In this document: piece by piece, positions 29,978-39,806 of the stretch | Position numbering within the stretch: position 1 is the first letter of the stretch | How the letters are laid out: every line of letters begins with the position of its first letter | Source of the DNA: Clostridia bacterium | GTDB taxonomy: Bacteria; Bacillota; Clostridia; UMGS1810 | DNA length: 54,502 nt | NCBI GenBank assembly: GCA_045614005.1 | Contig: JAZLCB010000164.1 | Location: 1 to 54,502, forward strand | Direction of reading: 5' to 3' | Program-made: the position numbers and the translations under genes | The notes under the pieces: model-generated | Databases searched by the model: none | The model's input: the letters and a program-made list of their open reading frames with translations, nothing else | What the model was told of the DNA's origin: nothing

Positions 29978-30874
29978 ATGGAGCCTTTTGTTACCCGTGA
30001 AGAATTAGACCGCATTGTAGATGAGTTTATTTCTGAGAATTATAAAGATGAAGTCGTTGAGATGTACGCAGATTATGACGAATTTCTGAGTGATGAGCAG
30101 GTGGCTGAGATTCTTGAATCCAATGACCCCATGGCTGTTTTCTATGAGACTTTAGACGATGCTTACATCGACGCTCGTTCTTATTATATAAATGACCTTG
30201 AATCTGAATTTGATAGTTGGTGTGATAGCAAGGGATATGATTGCACCGCTGAGGATTTAAGGGATGAGGGTATCTATCTCGATGAGTATGTAAGCATCGA
30301 ACCGGATTACAAGCATTTCCTCGACCATGAATATCATTGTAGGCTTATCGTAGATAACGGTGATGGAAATTATGATTTTTCATGCAATCCGAATCAGGAC
30401 AATGACTATCAGATTGAGGATGGTGCCGGAATCATTTGGTTAGGTGAGCAGTTAGGTTACACCGTAGAGCAGATGCAGAAGGCTCTTGATGAGGGTATCA
30501 AAAGCGATGAATATCCTATCGATGACACCAAGAACCCGGATAAATTCTTAGACAGCCTTGTTCATGAGGCCGCTAACGCTTGGGGTATGGTAGCCCTTAC
30601 ATTCTTGGTCAATATGACTTTAGATGACTTAATCAAGTTTAAGGAAGAAAAGGGTAGTGTTACCGTCGAAATGAATGGTATGAACTGCGGTTTCTTCGAT
30701 GCGTGGAACGGCGGTGGCAGTGTTCTTGAACTCGAAGGTAACGCTAGTAGCGTCACAATTCCTGCTGATAAGATTAATGAACTCACAGTCGATATCCGTC
30801 GTGGTGGCAGATATTCTGTTAATGAAGTCTATGGACTTTGGGGCGGAGCTTATGCTGACGCTACAGTAAACTAA
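29978..30874 (+). CDS. acidic hypothetical protein
   Basis: ATG 29978 follows AAGGAGA. The track's longer start at 29846 overlaps the upstream gene. Confidence 0.55.
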   Translation: MEPFVTREELDRIVDEFISENYKDEVVEMYADYDEFLSDEQVAEILESNDPMAVFYETLDDAYIDARSYYINDLESEFDSWCDSKGYDCTAEDLRDEGIYLDEYVSIEPDYKHFLDHEYHCRLIVDNGDGNYDFSCNPNQDNDYQIEDGAGIIWLGEQLGYTVEQMQKALDEGIKSDEYPIDDTKNPDKFLDSLVHEAANAWGMVALTFLVNMTLDDLIKFKEEKGSVTVEMNGMNCGFFDAWNGGGSVLELEGNASSVTIPADKINELTVDIRRGGRYSVNEVYGLWGGAYADATVN

Positions 30875-30886
30875 AGGAGAATCCCT

Positions 30887-31609
30887 ATGAAGGTTGAAGT
30901 AAGTACAGACTTAATCCCCGTCATTCATGTAGGTTCGTATTGGTCGAATGCGGGTCTTTATGAACACTATGTAACTAGCAGAGAAATCATTGAGCAGAGC
31001 ATTCTTGCTTGCGCTCCTGATGTCGTACACGATGCCCTCTGTGAGGTTAGCCCTGATATTGCTATTTCTGACTTCTCGGTTTACATGCCTCAGTATTACA
31101 ACTATGGTGATGACGAATTTAACTTCACTATAACTATTCCGGATGACGAATATCAGCGTTTATATGATGAGTGCATCGATGACCCTAAGTTCCCGGAGTT
31201 CCTGAAGAAGAACTACAGCTCATATGACGGCTTCATTTCCTTTTTAGCTAACGATACAAGCGAATTTGATGCGCAGGAAGACTATAAGAAGCTGTCTCAG
31301 TTGATTTGCTTCCAATACTTTAAGGATGGCAAGAAGTTGCAGGAAAGCTACGACTATGATTATTATGAAGCCCTTGATGAGTGGCTTGTGATAAACTGCC
31401 CTCCGTATGACGAGGATGTTGGCAGTAACGGCGAAACCTATGTATATATCAACTACGATTGGAAAAACGGTAAGGACTGTTACATCGTCTCTACTGATGA
31501 TGACGAGGAAGTTGCCGTATTCCCGGTTGAAGGTGATACGATAGACGCTACTTGGGACGCTTATAACAAGGCGTACAACTATTGCTGTAACGAGCTTGGC
31601 ATTTCCTAA
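30887..31609 (+). CDS. acidic hypothetical protein
   Basis: 240-aa ORF, AAGGAGA upstream. Confidence 0.55.
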   Translation: MKVEVSTDLIPVIHVGSYWSNAGLYEHYVTSREIIEQSILACAPDVVHDALCEVSPDIAISDFSVYMPQYYNYGDDEFNFTITIPDDEYQRLYDECIDDPKFPEFLKKNYSSYDGFISFLANDTSEFDAQEDYKKLSQLICFQYFKDGKKLQESYDYDYYEALDEWLVINCPPYDEDVGSNGETYVYINYDWKNGKDCYIVSTDDDEEVAVFPVEGDTIDATWDAYNKAYNYCCNELGIS

Positions 31610-31625
31610 GGAGGATAAATACCTA

Positions 31626-32162
31626 ATGGCTGTATTGTATGGAGTAAGTCAGTATAACCACGGACATGAGTACCGTTGGATTTTTACCGATGAGCAGATT
31701 GCTCAGCAGACCGGTGAGATGCCTACGGAAGAAGTAGAGGGCTTTGATTTTTGGCCGATGGGTGGCAGTAATTCAAGCTCTACCTATGCGGTACGCCTTG
31801 ACACCGCAGACGATGTTAAAGACTTTTTGCTAGGCGTAGCCGAACCTGATAGTGATGACCCGATGCTTGTTGATGTAGGTGAATACTACATGACTATCGA
31901 AACTGATGACGAGTATTGGGGATGTGTTACGGGTGAATGGGTGAAGAAGCTCGGTATCCCGGCTTCAGATTTGAGGGTGGAAGAAGATTCAGCCGGTTGG
32001 CGTACTGCAATAGAGAAGATTGCAGATTATTTCCGTGAGGTGGATTTTGATGGATTTGACTATGAGAATCCCTTCTATGGTGATGACTGCGATATGCGCG
32101 TAACTGAATTGATAGACCTTTATCTATCAGTTGACCCGAGTAATTCATTAGCCTTAACCTAA
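31626..32162 (+). CDS. acidic hypothetical protein
   Basis: ATG 31626 follows AAGGAGGA. Confidence 0.5.
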   Translation: MAVLYGVSQYNHGHEYRWIFTDEQIAQQTGEMPTEEVEGFDFWPMGGSNSSSTYAVRLDTADDVKDFLLGVAEPDSDDPMLVDVGEYYMTIETDDEYWGCVTGEWVKKLGIPASDLRVEEDSAGWRTAIEKIADYFREVDFDGFDYENPFYGDDCDMRVTELIDLYLSVDPSNSLALT

Positions 32163-32182
32163 TCGCTAGGAGTATAGAACTT

Positions 32183-32593
32183 ATGCCTAAATACTTAATC
32201 ACATATGTCAGTCGAGATAGGTCTAAAACGCTTGAAAAAGTGGTTGAAGCCAAGGACATGGATGAAGCTACAGATAAGGGCTACAACATGAACATGTATT
32301 ATCAAGGCTATGATAATATGTGGATTCAAGAATACCCCTATGATTCAGAAGGTATATTCGGTTTTGAAGTTGAAACAGACCATGAGCATTTTGGTAAACA
32401 GCGTGAGTATGTATTTATCAAGGCGCGTAATTTAGATGAAGCCAAAGCATACTATAATCAAAATGTTAAAGGGAAATATTTTGACCATCATAAGCGTATT
32501 ATTCCGGATTCCGAGGGTTGGCAGAAGTTTGGGGAAATTTTGAACGCTTACAGCTCTACTGCGGATAGAGCTGATTTCGATGCAACAGTATGA
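32183..32593 (+). CDS. hypothetical protein
   Basis: 136-aa ORF, TAGGAG upstream. Confidence 0.55.
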   Translation: MPKYLITYVSRDRSKTLEKVVEAKDMDEATDKGYNMNMYYQGYDNMWIQEYPYDSEGIFGFEVETDHEHFGKQREYVFIKARNLDEAKAYYNQNVKGKYFDHHKRIIPDSEGWQKFGEILNAYSSTADRADFDATV

Positions 32594-33369
32594 GAATCAT
32601 TAAAGCGACAGTAGAAAAGATAGAAGATTTCCGTAAAGACGAAATGCAGGATGCACTTCGTCTTATGGGTTTTGATTACCTTGAAATGAATTTCTACCGG
32701 AGAGTAGAACTCGATGGCGATTTGGTCTTCTATGCTGAGTTGTATGATGACGCTATATTGATAACCGTCTATAAAAAGAATCAAGAGGTCGGTAGCGAGC
32801 AGTTCAGTTCAGCTATCAGATTTATCGACTATGTTGAATCAATTCTTAAAGAGTATGATATCGAAGTCGGTGAAGTTATAGATGTAGATGAATTGGTTAT
32901 TGCCGATGACGGCATCATGGTTTCCGCCTCTACAGTTCTTGCAAGACGAAATCATCATAGCCGGAACAACAAGAAGAAAAGGAAGGCACAGCAGTCAGCT
33001 CAGCCTCCGAAGCCGGCTCAGAACTACAACAAGCCCTCATATAAAGATAAGCATGACCACGCACAGCGAAACAAGACTACTACCAAGGACTTCGTAAAGA
33101 AGCTTGCTAGGGTAGATTCCTCGAATGTATGGAGCATGGCATTTCAGCCCAAGGATGATAAGTATGGTGACATGCTTATGCAGTTCAAGGGCAAGGGCGG
33201 AAAAGGTCCGGGTGACATTTATATCTACTACAATGTAGAAAACACAGTATGGCAGAAGCTCGTAGTCGCACCATCCAAGGGACACGCGTTTTGGAAGCTA
33301 GTGCGCAACTACTACACCTACGCTAAACTTACCGGTGATAAGAAAACGCATTTACCCAATGGCATTTAA
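32590..33369 (+). CDS. KTSC-domain protein (N-terminal domain, basic linker, C-terminal KTSC)
   Basis: C-terminal VDSSNVWSMAFQP...LMQFKG...IYIYYNVENTVWQKLVVAPSKGHAFWKLVRNYY fits the KTSC pattern (S.I..v.Y....L.V.F...Y.Y..V....y..l..a.SkG.yf). ATGA coupling. Confidence 0.55.
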   Translation: MRIIKATVEKIEDFRKDEMQDALRLMGFDYLEMNFYRRVELDGDLVFYAELYDDAILITVYKKNQEVGSEQFSSAIRFIDYVESILKEYDIEVGEVIDVDELVIADDGIMVSASTVLARRNHHSRNNKKKRKAQQSAQPPKPAQNYNKPSYKDKHDHAQRNKTTTKDFVKKLARVDSSNVWSMAFQPKDDKYGDMLMQFKGKGGKGPGDIYIYYNVENTVWQKLVVAPSKGHAFWKLVRNYYTYAKLTGDKKTHLPNGI

Positions 33370-33381
33370 GGAGAATAGTTT

Positions 33382-34011
33382 ATGAAGCGTTACATCAGGT
33401 CTGCTGTTTCAGTTGATTATGAACGAGCAGTAAATGAGGAAAGACTTACGCATAAGTTTGGTGATGACATCGTTATTATGGTAGGCAAAGACTATCATGT
33501 TACTATTCATCCGGATAAGACCGTTAGCTACAACAAGTATTACAATTCAACACAAGTTGTACCGCCTAAGGCGCTGAAGGAAGCGCTCAGAAAGAAGTAT
33601 GGTAACGACTTGATGTTCATCGATGATGTTGAGAAAGCTTCTGAGACACCTATTCAGTCAGTAGAAGAAGCGCAAAAGATTATTATGGGTTCAACTCTCC
33701 AAGACCCTTTTTACTCACGCCGGTCGAGTGAAGAACGCCGTGAGGCTAATATCAAAATGCGTACTAGGATATCTACTCCCGGATGGACGGGCAGTACCGA
33801 TATTGCCGAAATGACTACTAGTAGAAGTAAACCTACTAAAAGAGATTTTCGTGAAGTAGCCGGCATAAGTGAGGACTATCTTATTCAGGCTTTACAGATA
33901 ATCCATCCGGGCAAGGACATTGAAATTTCTTGGAGACATTATAATAGGGACAAATATTCTAGGGTATATGCGACTTCAGCTTATACTGTATGGAAATTAT
34001 CCATACAATAA
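33382..34011 (+). CDS. hypothetical protein with MKRYIRS N-terminus
   Basis: 209-aa ORF, AAGGAGA upstream. Confidence 0.55.
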   Translation: MKRYIRSAVSVDYERAVNEERLTHKFGDDIVIMVGKDYHVTIHPDKTVSYNKYYNSTQVVPPKALKEALRKKYGNDLMFIDDVEKASETPIQSVEEAQKIIMGSTLQDPFYSRRSSEERREANIKMRTRISTPGWTGSTDIAEMTTSRSKPTKRDFREVAGISEDYLIQALQIIHPGKDIEISWRHYNRDKYSRVYATSAYTVWKLSIQ

Positions 34012-34028
34012 CATATAGAGGTACATCT

Positions 34029-34208
34029 ATGATTAAGTACATCAAATCATCTGAATCAAATACTGCTGAGTGGATACATGAAAACGATGACCATTCCGAT
34101 TGGTTCGTATGCTCCAATTGCGGTTATGGCGATGAAGGTGAACTGTCCGGTTCTAATCCGCCGTGGTTCCGGTTCTGCCCGGCATGCGGAAAACGAATGT
34201 TAAAGTGA
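34029..34208 (+). CDS. small zinc-ribbon protein with MIKYIKS N-terminus
   Basis: ATG 34029 follows AGAGGT. CSNCG...CPACG. Confidence 0.5.
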   Translation: MIKYIKSSESNTAEWIHENDDHSDWFVCSNCGYGDEGELSGSNPPWFRFCPACGKRMLK

Positions 34209-34209
34209 T

Positions 34210-35094
34210 TTAATCTTCAATATCGGAATTATCCCCATATCCGCTTTCAGCCTCGAAAGCATCCTTGATATAGATGGATTCTTCCAACTGTCTTTTAAGC
34301 TTCGCCTCACCAATGGGGCGAGCTTTTGCTAAATCAGCAAATGGAATACCATAAATGTCTGACATCTTCAGTAAGTAAGCGTCATCCAATTTGCTCTCCT
34401 GACTTATCATTTCATAAACAATCAGGTCTTCAAGTTTATCGTATTTGTCTGTATAAAGGGTATCTATCCAATAAGTGGAAGTGGAACTCTGCTGAGTGGT
34501 CTTAGCCTCGGTTAAATAATCGTCATCATATGGAGCGTCATATTGCGTACTGAATACTGCTTCCAAGGTTTGCATTTCTTGTGGGGTAAGTTTTACCTTA
34601 GCGATATCTTCTTTAGTAAGTTGTCCCCAATGCTTCCCTAGTTGGGCGGCCGCCTTCATGCACACCGTCCGGCGCAGTGAATACTTGATAGTGTTCAGTT
34701 CACGCTTAATACATTCAGATAACCTTGGCTTGAAGAATACAGTAAAAGATAAATCCGTCCGGTATCGCTTGACCTTGGATGGGTCTTCTCCCTCAGCACA
34801 CGGAGGGCAGAACTTGTACTTAGCCCACATCTTATCGCAGAAGTTAGTTATCGCTGAATGGAGCTTATCTTCATATGTTGCCAACGGGTCAGTAACATAT
34901 TGATTTTTAGCGATATATCCGAAGAACGAGAAATTGATTTCTATGATTTCATCACGAATAGCTGTGTAAGTATTGCGTTCTTCGATGGTGGTCTGCGGGA
35001 GCATGTCATATAACTCCTGAGTACGAGCCTTAATCCAATCGTTTTTCTTCATACTGTTCTTATCCAACTTAGTGGGAATCTCTGATTGATACAA
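34210..35094 (-). CDS. divergent sigma-70-family-like transcription factor (only minus-strand gene)
   Basis: Region-2-like IRDEIIEINFSFFGYIAKN...YEDKLHSAITNFCDKMWAKY...FTVFFKPRLSECIKREL. Region-4-like KLDDAYLLKMSDIYGIPFADLAKA...AKLKRQLE. Start is TTG 35094 (GGGGGT 9 nt upstream) or ATG 35052. Confidence 0.45.
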   Translation of the reverse strand: MYQSEIPTKLDKNSMKKNDWIKARTQELYDMLPQTTIEERNTYTAIRDEIIEINFSFFGYIAKNQYVTDPLATYEDKLHSAITNFCDKMWAKYKFCPPCAEGEDPSKVKRYRTDLSFTVFFKPRLSECIKRELNTIKYSLRRTVCMKAAAQLGKHWGQLTKEDIAKVKLTPQEMQTLEAVFSTQYDAPYDDDYLTEAKTTQQSSTSTYWIDTLYTDKYDKLEDLIVYEMISQESKLDDAYLLKMSDIYGIPFADLAKARPIGEAKLKRQLEESIYIKDAFEAESGYGDNSDIED

Positions 35095-35139
35095 CTACAT
35101 ATACCCCCGGTAATCGAATCAACATCAACATATAGTGGA

Positions 35140-35167
35140 AAGTTATGTTCATATTAACACATGTCAA
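35140..35167 (-). promoter_or_regulatory. candidate sigmaA-like promoter for the minus-strand gene (TTGACA, 16 nt, TAACTT)
   Basis: On the minus strand there is a perfect TTGACA (35167-35162) and a weak -10 (35145-35140). Confidence 0.3.
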
Positions 35168-35212
35168 TATAAAATCTACTGCAAATTTTTACTAATATGT
35201 TACAAAATCAAA

Positions 35213-35241
35213 TTGTTTTATTACATTTGCATGACAAAATA
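35213..35241 (+). promoter_or_regulatory. possible plus-strand promoter sharing the TTGTTTTATT -35 block (weak -10)
   Basis: Third copy of the 10-mer TTGTTTTATT. The -10 candidate AAAATA is poor. It abuts palindrome C. Confidence 0.2.
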
Positions 35242-35268
35242 AAATTCCGAAATAATTCGGGAAATTTT
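35241..35268. promoter_or_regulatory. TTCC-N11-GGAA palindrome, copy C (AAAATTCCGAAATAATTCGGGAAATTTT)
   Basis: TTCC at 35245-35248 and GGAA at 35260-35263. Confidence 0.55.
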
Positions 35269-35351
35269 GGGGGTGGGGCGCAGGCTGTTTCAACCGCCAA
35301 ATGGTAAAGTAAATTTTATATCATCTGAGAACCATGCCGACTATCAGGGGT

Positions 35352-35376
35352 AAAATTCCTGAATAATTCCGGAAAT
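35352..35376. promoter_or_regulatory. TTCC-N11-GGAA palindrome, copy D (AAAATTCCTGAATAATTCCGGAAAT)
   Basis: TTCC at 35356-35359 and GGAA at 35371-35374. Confidence 0.55.
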
Positions 35377-35377
35377 G

Positions 35378-35512
35378 GACAAATAAAATATCAAAGGATA
35401 ATCTACAAATATCAAGTTATAAAATATAAATAACTAAATAATCTGTTTATAACTAGAATTAAACAAGAATTATATACCTGAAGTTAGATAAAATTTTACT
35501 TTTTATTTGGGG
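35378..35512. other. very AT-rich tract with short direct repeats (AATATCAA x2, ATAATCT x2); candidate unwinding or origin-like element
   Basis: No ORF. Flanked by palindromes D and E. Lies directly upstream of the replication module. Confidence 0.25.
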
Positions 35513-35515
35513 CGG

Positions 35516-35539
35516 ATTCCGGAATTATTCGGGAATTTT
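35516..35539. promoter_or_regulatory. TTCC-N11-GGAA palindrome, copy E (ATTCCGGAATTATTCGGGAATTTT)
   Basis: TTCC at 35517-35520 and GGAA at 35532-35535. Confidence 0.55.
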
Positions 35540-35655
35540 GTCTATAGTTATAATAGATATATAGAGCGCTGTAACTATGTTACAAAGTGATTACATTGTC
35601 GATTTGGACTTTCAATTTCATGCCCGATAGGTTATCTTAAATCTACTGACAGATG

Positions 35656-35738
35656 CCGATGTCAAAGTTACCAACTACAGATTGGTGGAACGGCATTTCC
35701 CTCAATCGACCTCGACAGTTTGGTAACTTTGACATCGG
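35656..35738. repeat. 19-bp perfect inverted repeat with a 45-nt spacer (CCGATGTCAAAGTTACCAA ... TTGGTAACTTTGACATCGG), followed by TATTTTT
   Basis: Left arm 35656-35674, right arm 35720-35738, read directly from the sequence. Confidence 0.8.
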
Positions 35739-35752
35739 TATTTTTCATCTCT

Positions 35753-35768
35753 AATCGTTAAATATAAT
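35753..35768 (+). promoter_or_regulatory. class-1-like motif AATCGTTAAATATAAT
   Basis: Lies 14 nt after the inverted repeat and 40 nt before GTG 35808. Confidence 0.45.
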
Positions 35769-35807
35769 TGAACATGTTGCATAAAATTGGAAGGTGGTGA
35801 TGGATAA

Positions 35808-36698
35808 GTGCGACAGCCCGATTATCTCGAAATTTATCCGTCAGAGGTCGCCGTCAAGAAGATAAGCAAGCATCTCGATAAGATGGCTGAAGTCAAGCCA
35901 AGAGTTTATCGGAAGACCCTTTTAAGATACAAAAGTCTAGCGTACTTATTATTGGAGTGCGTTACGAAAATCGTTCGTATGTTGCAGTCTGAGATGTTGT
36001 TATCGTCCGGTGACGCTGAGTTTCAGGAATTGGTATCTGATTTTGATATAGAACAGATTGACGAGCTTCGTGATTCTGTCGATAGTCTCGGTAATCTTAT
36101 TGATAAGAAGGAATCCGCGGAAACCAAGAAGGTGGCTAGTGAGACTTTGGCTGTTTACCGCAAAGTGTTTAATCAGGCATCCACGCATGATTTTGGATAT
36201 GTCGAAGTCAACGAATGTGCTGAGCTTCTTAACTATTGGATTATCCGCAGGTTCTCAGGGTTCAATACTAACTTCAAGTATCAGATTAAACAGCTTCCGG
36301 TATGGGCAACATTTATCATCATCGCGTATGGCAAGTACCTCAGCACCGGTAATCGTACTAAGTTCATTACGGACTTTAAGGGATGGTGTGACAGCCTTGA
36401 TACCGATATCAACAACTGTTGGGCTTTGCCTTACAACATATTCAATATGACGAAAGTAATAGACGCGTCTAACTTTACTGTAGAGGCTATGGTCATATAC
36501 GACATCCTTATCAACGGATGTTTTTATCAATTAACTGACATAAAGGTTCCTATGGATTCATCGTACATCGCTAAATTAGTAAAAGAATATCAGCCCGATA
36601 AATCCCGGGAAGTTAGAATCAGGTTCTCCAAGCAGAAGGAGCTGATTTCAGACATGTGCCTGCATCCTACCACGGATATTACGGAGGATGCTATATGA
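35808..36698 (+). CDS. hypothetical protein (first gene of the replication module)
   Basis: 296-aa ORF. GTG start follows GGAAGGTGGTG. Start is uncertain. Confidence 0.5.
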   Translation: MRQPDYLEIYPSEVAVKKISKHLDKMAEVKPRVYRKTLLRYKSLAYLLLECVTKIVRMLQSEMLLSSGDAEFQELVSDFDIEQIDELRDSVDSLGNLIDKKESAETKKVASETLAVYRKVFNQASTHDFGYVEVNECAELLNYWIIRRFSGFNTNFKYQIKQLPVWATFIIIAYGKYLSTGNRTKFITDFKGWCDSLDTDINNCWALPYNIFNMTKVIDASNFTVEAMVIYDILINGCFYQLTDIKVPMDSSYIAKLVKEYQPDKSREVRIRFSKQKELISDMCLHPTTDITEDAI

Positions 36699-37870
36699 GC
36701 CGTATATATTCTTCGACAAACAAGATTAAGTTTACGAGCATTTCTGAAACCTATAAGGTTGAGCGTGGTTTCAAGGGTCTGCTCAATGATTTACATTCCT
36801 CAGTAATTACATATGTCATCAAGCACTTTGACGGCACTATGGCTTACAAGCAGAAGGTAGTTAAGGTTCTCAATATTCTGACCTATGCCGTCTATGCCTC
36901 CGAGCCTCTGCCGTTCGATTGGAATAAAAATAATCCGTTTGTAAATGTACCGGATATTGACGATGACATCATCCAAGAAACCATTGATGGCGTATATCTT
37001 ACGGTTGATGCTATCGATTGGGATATTAAGGCTGTGGATTCGGCTGAGCCGGTGGCTCCGGTTGCTACCGCTCCGGTATCCGTGGGTTCCTTCAAGCCCA
37101 TTGTATCAAACACAACTCCCGGTATATCCGACTACAAGGATGTAACGATAGTGGAAACTCCGTCAACGGATTTGTATATTCAGGCTCCGGAGATTCCTCA
37201 GTTCGATGTTACAAGACCTTGGATTCAGAAGCAGGTTGGTGCGGATTTGCTTACTATCTACACCACGCTTCCGGACATTCCTTTAAGACAGCGTGACATT
37301 TCGATTACAACAAATGTCGAGAAGATGACGGATTCCGACTTAATGAAGTTGTATCCGAATCATTTTGTCAGGACTAGGGCGAAGGAGCTTTATGTCCCTC
37401 AGACTAATATGGACTTTGATAAGGACTTCGGCGTTATCCTGCCTATCGATGATTATTCCAAGGAGCAGGTGTTGGATAACATCATCAAGTATCCGCATCT
37501 GTATAAGTTAGCTAGGGAGCAGGATGGCGAACTCGTTAGTTTCTATGCATATATGGAAATTGAGGGCGAGCTAGTTGACACACTGTCCGTTTGGGATTCA
37601 CTTGAAATTTCTAAGTGGATACCCAAGAACGCGGAATTTATCAAGGAGTATATCGTTAGAAAATACTTGATGGACATTGAATATAAGGGCGCGACATTTA
37701 AGTATCCGATATTCGGTACGCTCGACCCCTTCCTCACATTGTTCATGCCGGCAGAAGAATATGCCAAGCGTGGATACAATGTAGTGGATTTGGCAAGGAA
37801 GTGCGTACAGAGCCGTGTATCTTATAAGCAGTCGCGTAGCCCGGTACTTCGGAGGATTCAGGGGAAATGA
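36695..37870 (+). CDS. hypothetical protein (possible replication initiation role, from position only)
   Basis: ATG 36695 follows GGAGGA. ATGA coupling on both sides. Confidence 0.5.
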   Translation: MSRIYSSTNKIKFTSISETYKVERGFKGLLNDLHSSVITYVIKHFDGTMAYKQKVVKVLNILTYAVYASEPLPFDWNKNNPFVNVPDIDDDIIQETIDGVYLTVDAIDWDIKAVDSAEPVAPVATAPVSVGSFKPIVSNTTPGISDYKDVTIVETPSTDLYIQAPEIPQFDVTRPWIQKQVGADLLTIYTTLPDIPLRQRDISITTNVEKMTDSDLMKLYPNHFVRTRAKELYVPQTNMDFDKDFGVILPIDDYSKEQVLDNIIKYPHLYKLAREQDGELVSFYAYMEIEGELVDTLSVWDSLEISKWIPKNAEFIKEYIVRKYLMDIEYKGATFKYPIFGTLDPFLTLFMPAEEYAKRGYNVVDLARKCVQSRVSYKQSRSPVLRRIQGK

Positions 37871-38454
37871 ATAAATGTATGTTCACGGGGCACTGCATTA
37901 AGTCAAAGTGCGACCAATCCTGCCCGGCGTTCATTGAATCGTCATTCTTGTTGGAGCAGAACGGTATCGGTGTTAATAGCAGTGTCTTCCATGCCGAGCC
38001 TACGGCAATAGTTAAATACAATAAGTTCATCGAGAACTCGGAGGGTAAGCTTCAGACAGTTATTGCCAAGAATACTAACGCGGTGGCTGAGCTGATTACT
38101 TACTTAGGTATCTGTAAGCATTGGAAGGGAAGCCGTCTCCATACGGCTGTGTATAACCTGAAGCTGTCACAATACTTGGAGGGTGTTCAGAATAGTTGGT
38201 CAAGGGCATCCAACACTGATGACTTGGAGTATCAGGACATTTGGATAAAGAAAGCCAAGTTGCTGATTATATCCAATATCGACTTTGTAAACTTCAAGGA
38301 TTTTCAGTGTCAGACGCTTCTATCGTTATTACAAACAAGGGATAAGCCTGAGTTGGGTACGATAATAGTTTCACCTCAGACACACTCACTTGTAGGTAGC
38401 GGATTATTCTTTAACAGATTGCAGGAAACATTAGGAAGAACGACGGTTAAATGA
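37867..38454 (+). CDS. DnaC/DnaI-like helicase-loader-like protein lacking a canonical Walker A
   Basis: N-terminal Cys cluster CMFTGHCIKSKCDQSCPAF. KAKLLIISNIDF (Walker B-like) and LGTIIVSPQ (like the TSN motif). Coupled to dnaB-like gene. No GxxGxGK[ST]. Confidence 0.4.
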   Translation: MNKCMFTGHCIKSKCDQSCPAFIESSFLLEQNGIGVNSSVFHAEPTAIVKYNKFIENSEGKLQTVIAKNTNAVAELITYLGICKHWKGSRLHTAVYNLKLSQYLEGVQNSWSRASNTDDLEYQDIWIKKAKLLIISNIDFVNFKDFQCQTLLSLLQTRDKPELGTIIVSPQTHSLVGSGLFFNRLQETLGRTTVK

Positions 38455-39797
38455 ACTCATCAATCGAGATACAAGTTATATCGAAGATACTGACTTCGGA
38501 CGATGCCGAATTAGTAAATGAGCTGTGCAGTTATGACAGTTCATATTACTCCGTGTATAAGAAGCAGATTGAGTTTATCTTAAACCATCTGAATCGCTTC
38601 GGTAATGTCCCGGATTTGTTCACTTTCGATGCGGAATTTCCGGATGTCGCATTAGTCGATGTTACCCGTGAAACCAAGGAATTTCTGACTACTGAAATCA
38701 AGCGCAACAAACAGCGTCTTCTTTTGGTTGAAACCTTTAACACTTTGAAGGACTTAGGTTCCGGGGATGTATCGGATGCTTGGGAATACCTGAACCGGCA
38801 GTGTGAAGCCTCCGCTCAGTTGGTAGGCAACAAGCCGATGGATATCATCGCTCAGGCTAAGGAGCGTTCCGAGCAGGTTAAGCAGTGGGCTTCACAAGCG
38901 AGGATTCCTACGGGGTTTGCCGAGTTGGACAAACTGATGTACGGCGGATGGTCAACGATAGAAGAATTTGCCGTCTTCATCGCTTCCACAAACTCGGGTA
39001 AGTCATGGTGCTGTGCTAGGATGATGGAGGCCGCCCATAAGGCAGGAGTTACCGTAGCACTGTACTCACCGGAAATGCGTTCCGAGTATTTTGCTACCCG
39101 TTTTGATACATGGCGCGGACACTTTAAGAATAGTGACTTGTTCCAAGGTAAGTACACGGATGACTATGACGCGTACATCGAGGCATTAGCCAATGACCCG
39201 GTACCCGCATTTATCATCGAGAACAAACACATGCCTGAGGGTGTATCCCCGATGCACATTGGCAACTTCATCAAGCAGAACAATGTTAAGCTGTTGATAG
39301 TCGATGGTATCTCGTACATGTCCGATGACCGGAAGTCTTCTAGCGATTATGAGCGCTTAGGTCATATTGCATGGGACTTGTTCGAGGTCAGTAAGAAGTA
39401 CGGGTGTGCCGTGGTCATAGCGGCCCAAGCCAACCGTGAAACCAAAGAGACTAAGGATGAAAAGGGCGTACCGTTCCCGAACATCTTCAACATTTCCGGT
39501 TCATTCGCTATTAACCAAGTTGCCACTCAGGTATTCGCTTTAAGGCAGATATTCGATAAGCATGTATTCGAGATTCGTCTTGAAAAGACCCGTATGGCTA
39601 AGAACAACAAGGACATTCTTTCATATTCATGGGATGTTAATACCGGTAACATGCAGTATATGGCGGGCGGTGCAGACGAAGACCCAATGCTCGACATGCC
39701 GGCTACTGAGGACATCTTGCCTACTACCAATGGTCCTGTCCCGGATATCATTAAAGACCTTGACCTCTCTGATAATGGCGACGGCGTAGAATTTTAA
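38451..39797 (+). CDS. dnaB: DnaB-family replicative helicase
   Basis: IPTGFAELDKLMYGG, Walker A ASTNSGKS, Walker B LLIVDGISYM, AAQANRE. Confidence 0.8.
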   Translation: MNSSIEIQVISKILTSDDAELVNELCSYDSSYYSVYKKQIEFILNHLNRFGNVPDLFTFDAEFPDVALVDVTRETKEFLTTEIKRNKQRLLLVETFNTLKDLGSGDVSDAWEYLNRQCEASAQLVGNKPMDIIAQAKERSEQVKQWASQARIPTGFAELDKLMYGGWSTIEEFAVFIASTNSGKSWCCARMMEAAHKAGVTVALYSPEMRSEYFATRFDTWRGHFKNSDLFQGKYTDDYDAYIEALANDPVPAFIIENKHMPEGVSPMHIGNFIKQNNVKLLIVDGISYMSDDRKSSSDYERLGHIAWDLFEVSKKYGCAVVIAAQANRETKETKDEKGVPFPNIFNISGSFAINQVATQVFALRQIFDKHVFEIRLEKTRMAKNNKDILSYSWDVNTGNMQYMAGGADEDPMLDMPATEDILPTTNGPVPDIIKDLDLSDNGDGVEF

Positions 39798-39806
39798 GGG
39801 GTGCCC

